A stretch of 46,525 bases of DNA. Origin: Blastocatellia bacterium (GTDB taxonomy: Bacteria; Acidobacteriota; Blastocatellia; Pyrinomonadales; Pyrinomonadaceae). Below are positions 35,649 through 43,986 of the stretch, one piece after another (the first letter of the stretch is position 1; each line of letters begins with the position of its first letter). Where the stretch lies: contig JAWWPL010000246.1 in NCBI GenBank assembly GCA_033850605.1, positions 1 through 46,525 on the forward strand, given 5' to 3'. Both the position numbers and the translations under genes were made by a program. A model generated the notes under the pieces. The model did not search any database. It saw nothing but the letters and a program-made list of their open reading frames with translations, and was not told the origin of the DNA.

Positions 35649-37463
35649 ATGAACTACCCGAACATCTATTCCTTATTCATCGATCGAGTAAAGACGTTTC
35701 GCGCGCGCCAGGCCGGTTTGCCACGCGATGTCTTCTACTATCGCCGCGATGAACAATGGCAAGGGATTTCGTGGAATCGTTTCGATGAGGAAGCGCATGA
35801 CTTTGCCACGGCCTTATTGTCGCTGGGCTTAAAGAAGGGTGATTCAGTCGCGATTCTGATGGGCAATGTGCCCGAGTGGCCGATCAGCGACATCGGCACT
35901 ATCGCCGCCGGCGGTGTGGGCGTCGGATTGTATCCCACGAGTTCCGCCGAACAGTGTCAATACATCATCAACCATTCGGATGCGGAGTTCGTGTTGGTCG
36001 ACACCGCAAGCCAGCTGGAAAAAGTCCTCAGTGTCCGGACGCAATTACCAAAGGTCAAAGCGATCATCGTGCTTGACGAATCCGCTGCCGGCCAGTCAGA
36101 ACAAGTCTTGAATTACCGGGAACTGCTGGCCCGCGGTCGAGATCATCGAGCAGCGTACTCGTCCCTCCTACGCGAACGAGCCGAAGGCGCAACAGCCGAC
36201 GACATCGCCATCATGGTTTACACGTCGGGCACTACGGGTCCGCCCAAAGGCGCCCTCCTCAGTCATCGTTACATCCTCAACAGCGTCGAATCGCTGCGTC
36301 AGACAATTCCTATCTTCGATACTGACGTTTCGTTTTCTTATCTGCCGTACTGCCATGTCGCCGAACGTATCTCGGGTCTTTATAACCGGCTTTACGCCGG
36401 CGCGTCGGCTTATTTCGTCGATGATTTGTCAAAGCTGGGCCAGTACATGCTGGAAGTGAAGCCCACGGTCTTCGCCAGCCTGCCGCGGTTCTTTGAAAAG
36501 ATTCACGCGCGCGTAGTGGCTGACGTGGAGGCCGCTGCGAAAGAAGAGCGCGAGGATTTCCTCCAAGCGCTGGCCGTGGGACGAGAGGTCTCGCGCCTTC
36601 GCCAAGCGAGAAAGGAAGTGCCGGCGGATATCAAGGACAGATACGAAGTTGAAGCCTCTCCGATTCTGAAAAAGGTCAAAGAGTATTTCGGTGGCCGTAT
36701 TCGTCTGGCAACTTCCGGCGGCGCGCCTTTGAATCTCGAAGTGGCTGAATTCTTCGATGCGGCTGGTCTGCCGATTCTGCAAGCCTATGGCCTGACGGAA
36801 AACATCTGCGTGGCTTTCAATCGTCCTGACAATCACAAATTCGGTACGGTTGGTCCACCGATGCCGGGTTGTGAGGTCCGGATTGCCGACGACGGCGAAA
36901 TTCTTGTCCACAGCAAAATGATGTTCAGCGGTTACTACAAAGCGGCGGACGAGACCGCGGCAATGTTCCGCGATGGCTGGTTGCTGACGGGAGATATCGG
37001 CGAGGTAGACCGAGCCGGCTTCTTGAAAATTACCGGACGTAAGAAGGAACTGATCGTCACTTCGACGGGAAAGAAAATTGCGCCGGCGCTGATCGAGAAC
37101 CTGTTGAAAGAACATCACCTGATCAGTCACGCACTGGTTTACGGTGAAGGGAAGAGCTACCTCGTGGCTTTGATTACGCTGAATCCGGTAGAGACTGCTG
37201 AATTCGCGCGGGCGCAGGGAGTTACTGGCAGTTTCGATAATCTCGGGCAGACAATTGCGCAGACAGAGGCCTTGCGCCGGCTTCTGCAGGAGACGATCGA
37301 TGAAGTGAACGCGCGTGTGTCATCGACCGAATCCATTAAGAAGTTTGCGATTCTCGACCGAGACTTTGAGGTTGAAAGAGATGAAGTCACGCCAACCGGA
37401 AAGCTTAAGCGAGAGGTTGTGACCGCACGATATCGCGATTTGATCGAGAGTCTTTACACTTGA
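35649..37463 (+). CDS. long-chain fatty-acid--CoA ligase (about 600-aa FACS type)
   Basis: MVYTSGTTGPPKGALLSH, YGLTEN and TGDIGEVDRAGFLKITGRKKELIVTSTGKKIAP. The C-terminal IKKFAILDRDFEVERDEVTPTGKLKR is typical of long FACS enzymes. Confidence 0.9.
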   Translation: MNYPNIYSLFIDRVKTFRARQAGLPRDVFYYRRDEQWQGISWNRFDEEAHDFATALLSLGLKKGDSVAILMGNVPEWPISDIGTIAAGGVGVGLYPTSSAEQCQYIINHSDAEFVLVDTASQLEKVLSVRTQLPKVKAIIVLDESAAGQSEQVLNYRELLARGRDHRAAYSSLLRERAEGATADDIAIMVYTSGTTGPPKGALLSHRYILNSVESLRQTIPIFDTDVSFSYLPYCHVAERISGLYNRLYAGASAYFVDDLSKLGQYMLEVKPTVFASLPRFFEKIHARVVADVEAAAKEEREDFLQALAVGREVSRLRQARKEVPADIKDRYEVEASPILKKVKEYFGGRIRLATSGGAPLNLEVAEFFDAAGLPILQAYGLTENICVAFNRPDNHKFGTVGPPMPGCEVRIADDGEILVHSKMMFSGYYKAADETAAMFRDGWLLTGDIGEVDRAGFLKITGRKKELIVTSTGKKIAPALIENLLKEHHLISHALVYGEGKSYLVALITLNPVETAEFARAQGVTGSFDNLGQTIAQTEALRRLLQETIDEVNARVSSTESIKKFAILDRDFEVERDEVTPTGKLKREVVTARYRDLIESLYT

Positions 37464-37471
37464 GGAAAGTA

Positions 37472-37545
37472 GTGTGTCAGAAGCCCGACCGTTAGGGAGG
37501 GCGGCTTTGGGAAACATGCCCTCGCTCACGCGCGGGCTTCTGAAA
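37472..37545. repeat. 'gtgtgtcagaagc...gcttctga' palindromic element (uninterrupted copy)
   Basis: tcagaagcccg (37477-37487) pairs with cgggcttctga (37533-37543). The inner arms cgttagggagggc / gccctcgctcacg are partly complementary. It belongs to the same family as 43987-44166. Confidence 0.7.
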
Positions 37546-37555
37546 CCTTTTCATC

Positions 37556-37951
37556 ATGAAAATCAAACCAGGCGACACCGCGTCGGTCTCAAAGACGATC
37601 ACTGACGATGATATTCACAAATTTGCCGATGTCTCGGGCGATCATAATCCTTTGCATCTCGATGATGAGTTTGCGCGGACTACTCGCTTTGGCCGGCGCA
37701 TCGCCCACGGGATGTTGAGTGCTTCATTGATTTCATCCGTGATAGCCAACCAATTACCGGGGCAAGGCAGCATTTATCTCGGTCAGACTTTGCAATTTGT
37801 CGCGCCGGTTTTTCCCGGCGATACCGTGACTGCCCAGGTGACAGTCGTTTCGATCCGCGCAGACAAGCCGATCGTCAAGCTCGAAACCATCTGCACGAAT
37901 CAGCGCGATGAAGTCGTAATAAAGGGCGCAGCTACAGTTCTCGTTAGTTAG
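37556..37951 (+). CDS. MaoC-like (R)-specific enoyl-CoA hydratase/dehydratase (hot-dog fold)
   Basis: FADVSGDHNPLHLDDEFA...RIAHGML is the hydratase-2 motif. Length of about 130 aa is PhaJ-like. Confidence 0.85.
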   Translation: MKIKPGDTASVSKTITDDDIHKFADVSGDHNPLHLDDEFARTTRFGRRIAHGMLSASLISSVIANQLPGQGSIYLGQTLQFVAPVFPGDTVTAQVTVVSIRADKPIVKLETICTNQRDEVVIKGAATVLVS

Positions 37952-37960
37952 CGATCACGC

Positions 37961-39247
37961 ATGCCGTCAGCCACCAAGTATCAGGCGACAGCCGATCCAG
38001 TAGACCAGAGCGCCGGGACGTACGCCTGGTATGCGCTCGGCCTGCTCACGTTCGTCTATGTCCTCAACTTTCTCGATCGCACACTGATCTACATTCTCTT
38101 CACGCCGATCAAGAAGGAGATGGCGTTTTCCGATTTGCAGCTGGCGCTGCTCGGCACGACTTCGTTCGTCATTTTTTATACAGCCCTGGGAATTCCTTTC
38201 GGTCGTCTCTCTGATCGCATAGTCCGCAAGAACATGATTGCGTCCGGTCTTGCGGTGTGGAGCGTGTTCTCTGGTCTCACCGGATTTGCGAAGGGGTTCT
38301 GGACCTTGTTCTTCTGTCGCGTAATGGTTGGTGTGGGCGAAGCGACGTTGGGACCAGCGGCGCTGTCATTGCTGAGTGATTATTTTCCGCCGCGACGGCG
38401 CGCCACCGTCCAGGCGATTTACTCATCGGGTATCGCAGTGGGCGCCGGCTTGGCTTTCTTTCTTGGAGGATGGGTGGGCCAGCACTTCGGATGGCGCTCG
38501 GCGTTCTACCTGCTCGGTTTTCCGGGACTGTTCATTGCCGTGCTGGTTTTTCTGCTCAAGGAAAAGCCCCGAGGTCAAACGGAAACGGCCACAGTTCAAT
38601 ACACCAGCAAAGATTGGAAAATATTATTTCGGTCGGTTCCTTTGCGATACCATTATCTCGGTTACGCGCTGTTTGGTCTTGCGGCCAACAATTTGTCGAT
38701 TTGGGGCGCGACATTTTTTGTGCGCGTGCACAAGCTTGATATCGCCACGATCGGTTTCTTTGGGGGTGTATTGTCGCTGGTGGCCGGAGTGCCCGGGACT
38801 ATTCTCGGCGGTTGGGCCGCGGATCGATTTCGCGGCTTCGGTCGCGGCGGACGAATGCTTTTCAGTTCCGTGGCGGCGCTGATTGCGATTCCGTTCTGGG
38901 TCATGCTGATCTTTTCCAATAGCCTTCCGCTGCTTCTGATCGCTAATTTCGTATTACTTGGGCTCTCATTAATGTGGCTGGGGCCGGCCGCCGCGGATGT
39001 GCACGACATCGCCGGGCCGCACTTGCGAGGCCTGGGAATCGGTATCTACTTCTTCAGCGTGAATATTGCTGCGTATGCGATTGGTTCGAACCTCATCGGG
39101 ATGCTAAACGACAGGCTGGGCGCTTCCACCAATCCTTTGCAGATGCGCTACTCGCTTCTCATCTGCCCGATTGCGTGTGCGCTGGCGGCGTTGATGTTGC
39201 GGCTCGGCAGCCGCAGTTTGGGAAGAGAGTCACGACTAACGAGCTGA
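37961..39247 (+). CDS. MFS transporter
   Basis: Twelve hydrophobic segments. LNFLDRTLIYILF and the loop 2-3 motif GRLSDRIVRK are typical MFS signatures. Confidence 0.85.
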   Translation: MPSATKYQATADPVDQSAGTYAWYALGLLTFVYVLNFLDRTLIYILFTPIKKEMAFSDLQLALLGTTSFVIFYTALGIPFGRLSDRIVRKNMIASGLAVWSVFSGLTGFAKGFWTLFFCRVMVGVGEATLGPAALSLLSDYFPPRRRATVQAIYSSGIAVGAGLAFFLGGWVGQHFGWRSAFYLLGFPGLFIAVLVFLLKEKPRGQTETATVQYTSKDWKILFRSVPLRYHYLGYALFGLAANNLSIWGATFFVRVHKLDIATIGFFGGVLSLVAGVPGTILGGWAADRFRGFGRGGRMLFSSVAALIAIPFWVMLIFSNSLPLLLIANFVLLGLSLMWLGPAAADVHDIAGPHLRGLGIGIYFFSVNIAAYAIGSNLIGMLNDRLGASTNPLQMRYSLLICPIACALAALMLRLGSRSLGRESRLTS

Positions 39248-39270
39248 TGCCCTGCCAAAGCTCGTGATTA

Positions 39271-39331
39271 TTCGTGTGATTTCATAGATCGCATTTGTGT
39301 GGGTGAAGCTCGATCCACGAAATCACATGAA
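39271..39331. repeat. 'ttcgtgtgatttc' family inverted repeat
   Basis: ttcgtgtgatttcatagatcg (39271-39291) versus cgatccacgaaatcacatgaa (39311-39331), 18/21 complementary. Confidence 0.6.
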
Positions 39332-39410
39332 GCTTGACGACAAATTGCTCTGGCAAAGGAAAACCTATGCGCCTCTGCGGTATCGCATTGTTTGCACAAG
39401 AGCAAGTCGT

Positions 39411-39522
39411 TACAGAACCGGGAGCGGTAGCGACCGGATGCTAGCACTCAGCGACGGACTAGAAGCGCAATTAATTAAAGGGTTGAATGTAGCATCCGGT
39501 CGCTACCGCTCCCGGTTCTGTA
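39411..39522. repeat. perfect 33-bp inverted repeat ('acagaaccgggagcggtagcgaccgg' family) with a 46-nt loop
   Basis: tacagaaccgggagcggtagcgaccggatgcta (39411-39443) is the exact reverse complement of 39490-39522. Related copies lie at 25473-25553 and 35542-35636. Confidence 0.85.
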
Positions 39523-39554
39523 ATAAAACTTCACCTGTCGGTATCCATTCGATA

Positions 39555-39583
39555 TTGACAGGAAAGACTCTATCAGCTATAAA
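39555..39583 (+). promoter_or_regulatory. sigma70-like promoter for the his leader
   Basis: TTGACA (39555-39560), 17-nt spacer, TATAAA (39578-39583). The leader ATG lies about 30 nt downstream. Confidence 0.5.
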
Positions 39584-39613
39584 ACCTGAGTTCCGAAAGT
39601 GAGCGCGAACTAT

Positions 39614-39730
39614 ATGAGCTTCGTTAGCACCCATCATAGCCACCACGTGCACCATCGTGCCGACCATTATCGGCAGCGGGGCAGCGTGCCGGCGATTGTG
39701 ATGCGGAAGCTCGAAGCGATAACAGAGTAA
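39614..39730 (+). CDS. hisL: his operon leader peptide (38 aa, 7 His in residues 7-18)
   Basis: Manual translation gives MSFVSTHHSHHVHHRADHYRQRGSVPAIVMRKLEAITE*. It is too short for the ORF track. It sits between a promoter-like element and a terminator, directly upstream of hisZ. Confidence 0.7.
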   Translation: MSFVSTHHSHHVHHRADHYRQRGSVPAIVMRKLEAITE

Positions 39731-39753
39731 CCAGCGAACAAATCAAAGGTTTC

Positions 39754-39798
39754 AAACCCGCTGCCCGTGATGAACGAGGCAGCGGGTTTTTCTTTTTG
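39754..39798 (+). terminator. intrinsic terminator of the his attenuator
   Basis: aaacccgctgcc (39754-39765) pairs perfectly with ggcagcgggttt (39778-39789) over a 12-nt loop, followed by ttctttttg. ggcagcggg (39672-39680) in the leader can pair instead with cccgctgcc (39757-39765). Confidence 0.75.
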
Positions 39799-39828
39799 TA
39801 GTCACGAGCCAGGAGCGATTTACTTTGT

Positions 39829-40956
39829 ATGTCTGAACCACTCTCAAGAATGCCGACCGGAATGCGCTATTACTCTGGCGCGGAAGCGCGACTGAGGAGG
39901 GCGATCGAAACCACCCTGATGTCGGTCTTCGAGGGCTGGTCTTACGAAGAAATAACTACCCCGACGGTTGATTACTATTCTCTTTTTGAACGTGGGATGG
40001 GACGCTCGCTGGCGCATCATGCTTTCAGATTTTGCGACACGGATGGACGCCTGCTGGCGATCAGACCTGACGTTACGTCCCTGGTCGCGCGCGCCGCGGC
40101 TACCCTTTTCGCTGCACGTGAGCGGCCCCTGCGCTTGTGTTATGCAGCACCGGTATTCCGCCAACAACCTCAGTCTCACGCGGAATGGAGGAGAGAGTCG
40201 ACGCAGATTGGTGGTGAACTGATCGGCGCTCACAGTAGCGCAGCCGATATGGAGGTTCTGGCAATGGTCTGCGAAGCACTGGAGCGTCTGGATTTGGATC
40301 GCGATTCATTGATCACCTTAAACGACGTCAATGTATTTAATGGCATCGCTGAGCAGTTGCAACTCGCGGCCGACGCCCGGAACGAAATGCGCGAGCTGGT
40401 GGATACGCGCAATGCCACCGACCTGGAGCGCTTTCTGGTGACCTGTTCGTCTGTCGAAGAGTCACGGGCCTTCGCGCAACTGGTTCAACTTTCGGGCAAG
40501 CGCAATATTTTGAATGACGCGAGGCGGGTGATAACAAACCCACGGTCGCAAGCTGCGCTCGATCGTCTCGAGCGCTTGTGGTCCGTGATCGAATCGCTGC
40601 ACTTGACGGATTGCTTCGAAATCGATCTTGGGGATGTAGCGTGGCTCGACTACTACACGGGTCTGACTTTCAAAATCTATGTCAGAGGCGCGGGGGCCAG
40701 GATCGGAAGCGGTGGCCGTTATGACGGTCTGACTGAGAGCTTTGGCCGAGCCGAGCCGGCAGTAGGGTTCGTGCTGGATCTTGATGGATTGACGGACGTC
40801 TTAATGGGCAGGTCGCATAAGCCGGGCTTTATGCAGGCGTCAATGCAGGCGACCCAGCCACGCGGCGAAGGGCTGAATGAGTTATTCGCAGCCGCGAGAA
40901 CGAAAAGGGCACAGGGTGAACGGGTCGTGCTGAACACAAACGAGGTGGCGCAGTGA
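39829..40956 (+). CDS. hisZ: ATP phosphoribosyltransferase regulatory subunit HisZ (HisRS paralogue)
   Basis: Class II aaRS-like core without an anticodon domain (GWSYEEITTPTVDYYSLF, FRFCDTDGRLLAIRPDVT, YYTGLTFKIY, GGRYD). It sits immediately upstream of a short-form hisG. Confidence 0.88.
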   Translation: MSEPLSRMPTGMRYYSGAEARLRRAIETTLMSVFEGWSYEEITTPTVDYYSLFERGMGRSLAHHAFRFCDTDGRLLAIRPDVTSLVARAAATLFAARERPLRLCYAAPVFRQQPQSHAEWRRESTQIGGELIGAHSSAADMEVLAMVCEALERLDLDRDSLITLNDVNVFNGIAEQLQLAADARNEMRELVDTRNATDLERFLVTCSSVEESRAFAQLVQLSGKRNILNDARRVITNPRSQAALDRLERLWSVIESLHLTDCFEIDLGDVAWLDYYTGLTFKIYVRGAGARIGSGGRYDGLTESFGRAEPAVGFVLDLDGLTDVLMGRSHKPGFMQASMQATQPRGEGLNELFAAARTKRAQGERVVLNTNEVAQ

Positions 40957-41597
40957 CGGAGTTAACCATCGCCATTGCCAAAGGCAGGTTGCAGGCTGAA
41001 ACGCTGGATCTGCTAAAGAGCGCCGGGCTCGTCTTTTCGGCTGAGGCCCTCTCGTCGCGCCGCCTCGCGATCGAAGATGAGACCGGGCACTTTCGATTGA
41101 TCTTCGTGAAGCCCGCTGATGTTCCCGTTTACGTCGAACGTGGGATCGCGGACTGCGGCATCGTAGGCCGTGATGTGTTGTTGGAATCTAACGCCGATCT
41201 TTTGCAGCCCCTCAGTCTCAATCTGGGCGCCTGTCGCATCGTGGTCGCGGCTAAGAACGAAAAAGCGGCCAGGCAGGTAGGAATGCTGAAAGTCGCGACC
41301 AAGTATCCACGAATCGCCGCCCGCCATTTTGGCGCTCGCGGCGTGGCCGTCGATCTAATCGAGTTATCCGGGTCGGTTGAATTGGCGGCCGTACTCGGAC
41401 TTGCTGATTGCATCGTTGACCTTGTTGAGACGGGCAAGACGCTTCGTGAGAACGAACTAAGCGTTGTCGACGTCATCACTGAATCATCGGCGCGCCTTGT
41501 TGTGAATCGCGCCAGCTATCAACTGAAAGCTGAAACGGTAAGCCAGTTTATTAAATCACTCGACAAAACAATTCAGAGGCGAGGGAACGGTGATTGA
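40953..41597 (+). CDS. hisG: ATP phosphoribosyltransferase, short form
   Basis: LTIAIAKGRL, DVPVYVERGIADCGIVGRDVL, VATKYP and DLVETGKTLREN. Length 214 aa. GTGA overlap with hisZ. Confidence 0.92.
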   Translation: MTELTIAIAKGRLQAETLDLLKSAGLVFSAEALSSRRLAIEDETGHFRLIFVKPADVPVYVERGIADCGIVGRDVLLESNADLLQPLSLNLGACRIVVAAKNEKAARQVGMLKVATKYPRIAARHFGARGVAVDLIELSGSVELAAVLGLADCIVDLVETGKTLRENELSVVDVITESSARLVVNRASYQLKAETVSQFIKSLDKTIQRRGNGD

Positions 41598-42894
41598 AGT
41601 CATAAATACTCGTAATCAGCAGCGACTGGCCGACAAGTTACAGCGCGTTCGGGAGCGCAACGTCGTCCTCGACGCCGATTTACTGAGCCGGGTCGAAGCG
41701 ATTATCGCCGACGTTCGCCGGCGGGGTGATGCAGCCTTGCTTGATTACGCGGAGCGATTCGACGCTTGTGTCATGCAGGCGTCCGAGCTCCGGATTAACG
41801 AGCAGCAGCTGCGCCGGATCGCCGCGTCCGTCGATGCTAAGGTGCTGGAGGCGCTGCGGGAAGCCATCAAGAACGTCAGACGCTTTCATGAACACGAGCG
41901 ACAACAGTCCTGGGAGATTGAACCAGAGACGGGCGTTCGTTTGGGACAACGCATCACGGCAATCGAGCGCGTCGGCTTGTATGTTCCCGGCGGAACGGCG
42001 AGCTATCCATCGTCGGTAGTGATGAACGTCGTGCCCGCGCAAGTCGCGGGCGTCGCGCGAATCATAGTAGCGACCCCGCCACGTTCGCTGCGAGAGAATC
42101 CGGCTGTAGCTGCGGCGCTCCTGGAGTTGGGAATCGACGAAGTTTACGCGGTGGGTGGGGCCCAGGCTATTGCAGCGCTCGCCTTCGGCACCGAGACCGT
42201 ACCGCGGGTGGACAAGATCACCGGACCGGGAAACCGCTATGTGGCGGCCGCGAAGAAGCTCGTATTTGGCACAGTCGGCATCGATTCGATTGCCGGACCA
42301 AGCGAAGTTGCGATCATCGCGGACGACACGGCGCACGCTGAATTCCTGGCGGCGGATCTCCTGGCACAGGCGGAACACGGTGAAGATGCTTCCGCGATCT
42401 TATTAACGGTCAGCGAGCAGCTAGCGAAGGACGTGAGCGCTGAAGTTTCCAGGCAGGCGGAATCGTTACCGCGCCGGGCCACGGTTGAGAAATCATTGGC
42501 TCATTATGGCGCGATCTTGTTAGTCAAGGATCTCGACGAGGCGTGCGCAATTATTAATACTTTGGCGCCAGAGCACCTGGAGATTGTTACCGGCGATGAC
42601 GAGACCGTGGCGGCGCGAATTCAACATGCCGGAGCCATTTTCTTTGGGTCTTACACTCCCGAAGTCGTCGGCGATTACTTCGCCGGTCCAAACCATGTAT
42701 TGCCTACTGCCGGAGCAGCGCGATTCTCTTCAGCGCTGAGTGTTTTCGATTTTGTCAGGCGCACCAGCGTGCTGCGTTATTCGCGTGAAGCGCTGAAACA
42801 GTCGGCGGAAAAGATTGCGACGCTGGCTAATGCTGAAGGTCTGGACGCGCACGCACGATCGGCTGCGATTCGGTTCGATCAGTTGATGAGTTAG
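41590..42894 (+). CDS. hisD: histidinol dehydrogenase
   Basis: VGLYVPGGTASYPSSVVMN, GGAQAIAALAFGT, IAGPSEV, AQAEHGEDA, APEHLE and GDYFAGPNHVLPT. Confidence 0.95.
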   Translation: MIEVINTRNQQRLADKLQRVRERNVVLDADLLSRVEAIIADVRRRGDAALLDYAERFDACVMQASELRINEQQLRRIAASVDAKVLEALREAIKNVRRFHEHERQQSWEIEPETGVRLGQRITAIERVGLYVPGGTASYPSSVVMNVVPAQVAGVARIIVATPPRSLRENPAVAAALLELGIDEVYAVGGAQAIAALAFGTETVPRVDKITGPGNRYVAAAKKLVFGTVGIDSIAGPSEVAIIADDTAHAEFLAADLLAQAEHGEDASAILLTVSEQLAKDVSAEVSRQAESLPRRATVEKSLAHYGAILLVKDLDEACAIINTLAPEHLEIVTGDDETVAARIQHAGAIFFGSYTPEVVGDYFAGPNHVLPTAGAARFSSALSVFDFVRRTSVLRYSREALKQSAEKIATLANAEGLDAHARSAAIRFDQLMS

Positions 42895-42896
42895 CG

Positions 42897-43982
42897 ATGA
42901 AAAGCCCATTGGACAAAATTAAGCCTGAGGTACAGACCCTGCGCGCGTACTCGCTTTCGCCGCATCGCGCGCGCATAAAGCTTAATCAGAACGAGAGCCC
43001 CTGGGACGCTCCGGCTCGGATCAAACAAGAGACGCTGCGACGGCTGGACACGCGCGAATGGTCACGCTATCCGGATTTCGTTCCTGAGAGTCTGCATACG
43101 CGGCTGGCGGAGTTTTCAGGCTGGCGAGCGGACGGCATCATTGCAGGAAATGGATCGAACGAATTAATTCAGGCGCTGCTGATGGTGACGGTTGGCCCGG
43201 GTAAGCGTGTGCTGATCTCCGAACCCACGTTTGCGCTCTACCGGCAATTAAGTACGGTGCTTGGCGGCGAAGTTATCAGTGTCAACCTCACGCCGGAGTT
43301 GAGCTACGACACGAACGCCCTGCAAGAAACAGTCAGCCACTTGCAGCCCAATGTGACGATTGTCTGCTCACCAAACAATCCTACGGGCTGCCTGCTAAGC
43401 GATCAGGACTTGCGCACACTGCTTAAATCATCAAGTGGAATCGTCGTGATTGACGAGGCGTACCATGAATTCGCCGGGCATTCAGTTGTGCCCATGCTTC
43501 GCGATCACGAAAACCTGGTGGTCCTGCGGACGTTTTCAAAGGCGATGGCGATGGCGGCATTGCGCGTCGGATATTTGCTGGCCGCGCCGGCGCTCGCGGC
43601 GGAGATTAGCAAGGCAGTCCTGCCCTACAACCTGAACGCCGTCTCTCAGACTGCCGCCGAGGTGGCAGTCGAACTGTACCAAGAAGAGTTGCAGCCCCTG
43701 GTGCGAAAGATCATCGCCGAGCGCGAACGATTGTACGGCGAGTTGGGTCGCATCGCGGGGCTTAAGCCGGTGCGCTCTCGCGCTAACTTTATGGTTGTGC
43801 ATTCGACGATCGAGCCGAGGAATATCTTCACTGAATTGATCAAGAGGGACATTTTGGTTCGCGATGTTAGTGGCTATCCCATGTTGAAGGATTACTTCCG
43901 AGTCAGTGTTGGAACACCAGAAGAGAATAATCTTTTGTTGAGGGCACTGCGTGAGATATTCCGTGACAATCTCAGGCTTTAA
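42897..43982 (+). CDS. hisC: histidinol-phosphate aminotransferase
   Basis: KLNQNESPW, GNGSNELI, SPNNPTG, IDEAYHEF and RTFSKAMAMAALRVGY (PLP Lys). Confidence 0.93.
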   Translation: MKSPLDKIKPEVQTLRAYSLSPHRARIKLNQNESPWDAPARIKQETLRRLDTREWSRYPDFVPESLHTRLAEFSGWRADGIIAGNGSNELIQALLMVTVGPGKRVLISEPTFALYRQLSTVLGGEVISVNLTPELSYDTNALQETVSHLQPNVTIVCSPNNPTGCLLSDQDLRTLLKSSSGIVVIDEAYHEFAGHSVVPMLRDHENLVVLRTFSKAMAMAALRVGYLLAAPALAAEISKAVLPYNLNAVSQTAAEVAVELYQEELQPLVRKIIAERERLYGELGRIAGLKPVRSRANFMVVHSTIEPRNIFTELIKRDILVRDVSGYPMLKDYFRVSVGTPEENNLLLRALREIFRDNLRL

Positions 43983-43986
43983 GAGA

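Noticed and set aside
36429-37130. 233-aa minus-strand ORF antisense to the long-chain acyl-CoA synthetase
   Set aside because: It is antisense to a CDS with all AMP-binding motifs, and its translation has no recognisable domain.
39297-39602. 101-aa + strand ORF between the MFS gene and the his leader
   Set aside because: It reads straight through two palindromic repeat elements (39271-39331, 39411-39522). Part of its sequence (GSGSDRM..., GRYRSRF) is simply the repeat translated.
41680-42378. 232-aa minus-strand ORF antisense to hisD
   Set aside because: The hisD frame is unambiguous, so this is an antisense-frame artefact.
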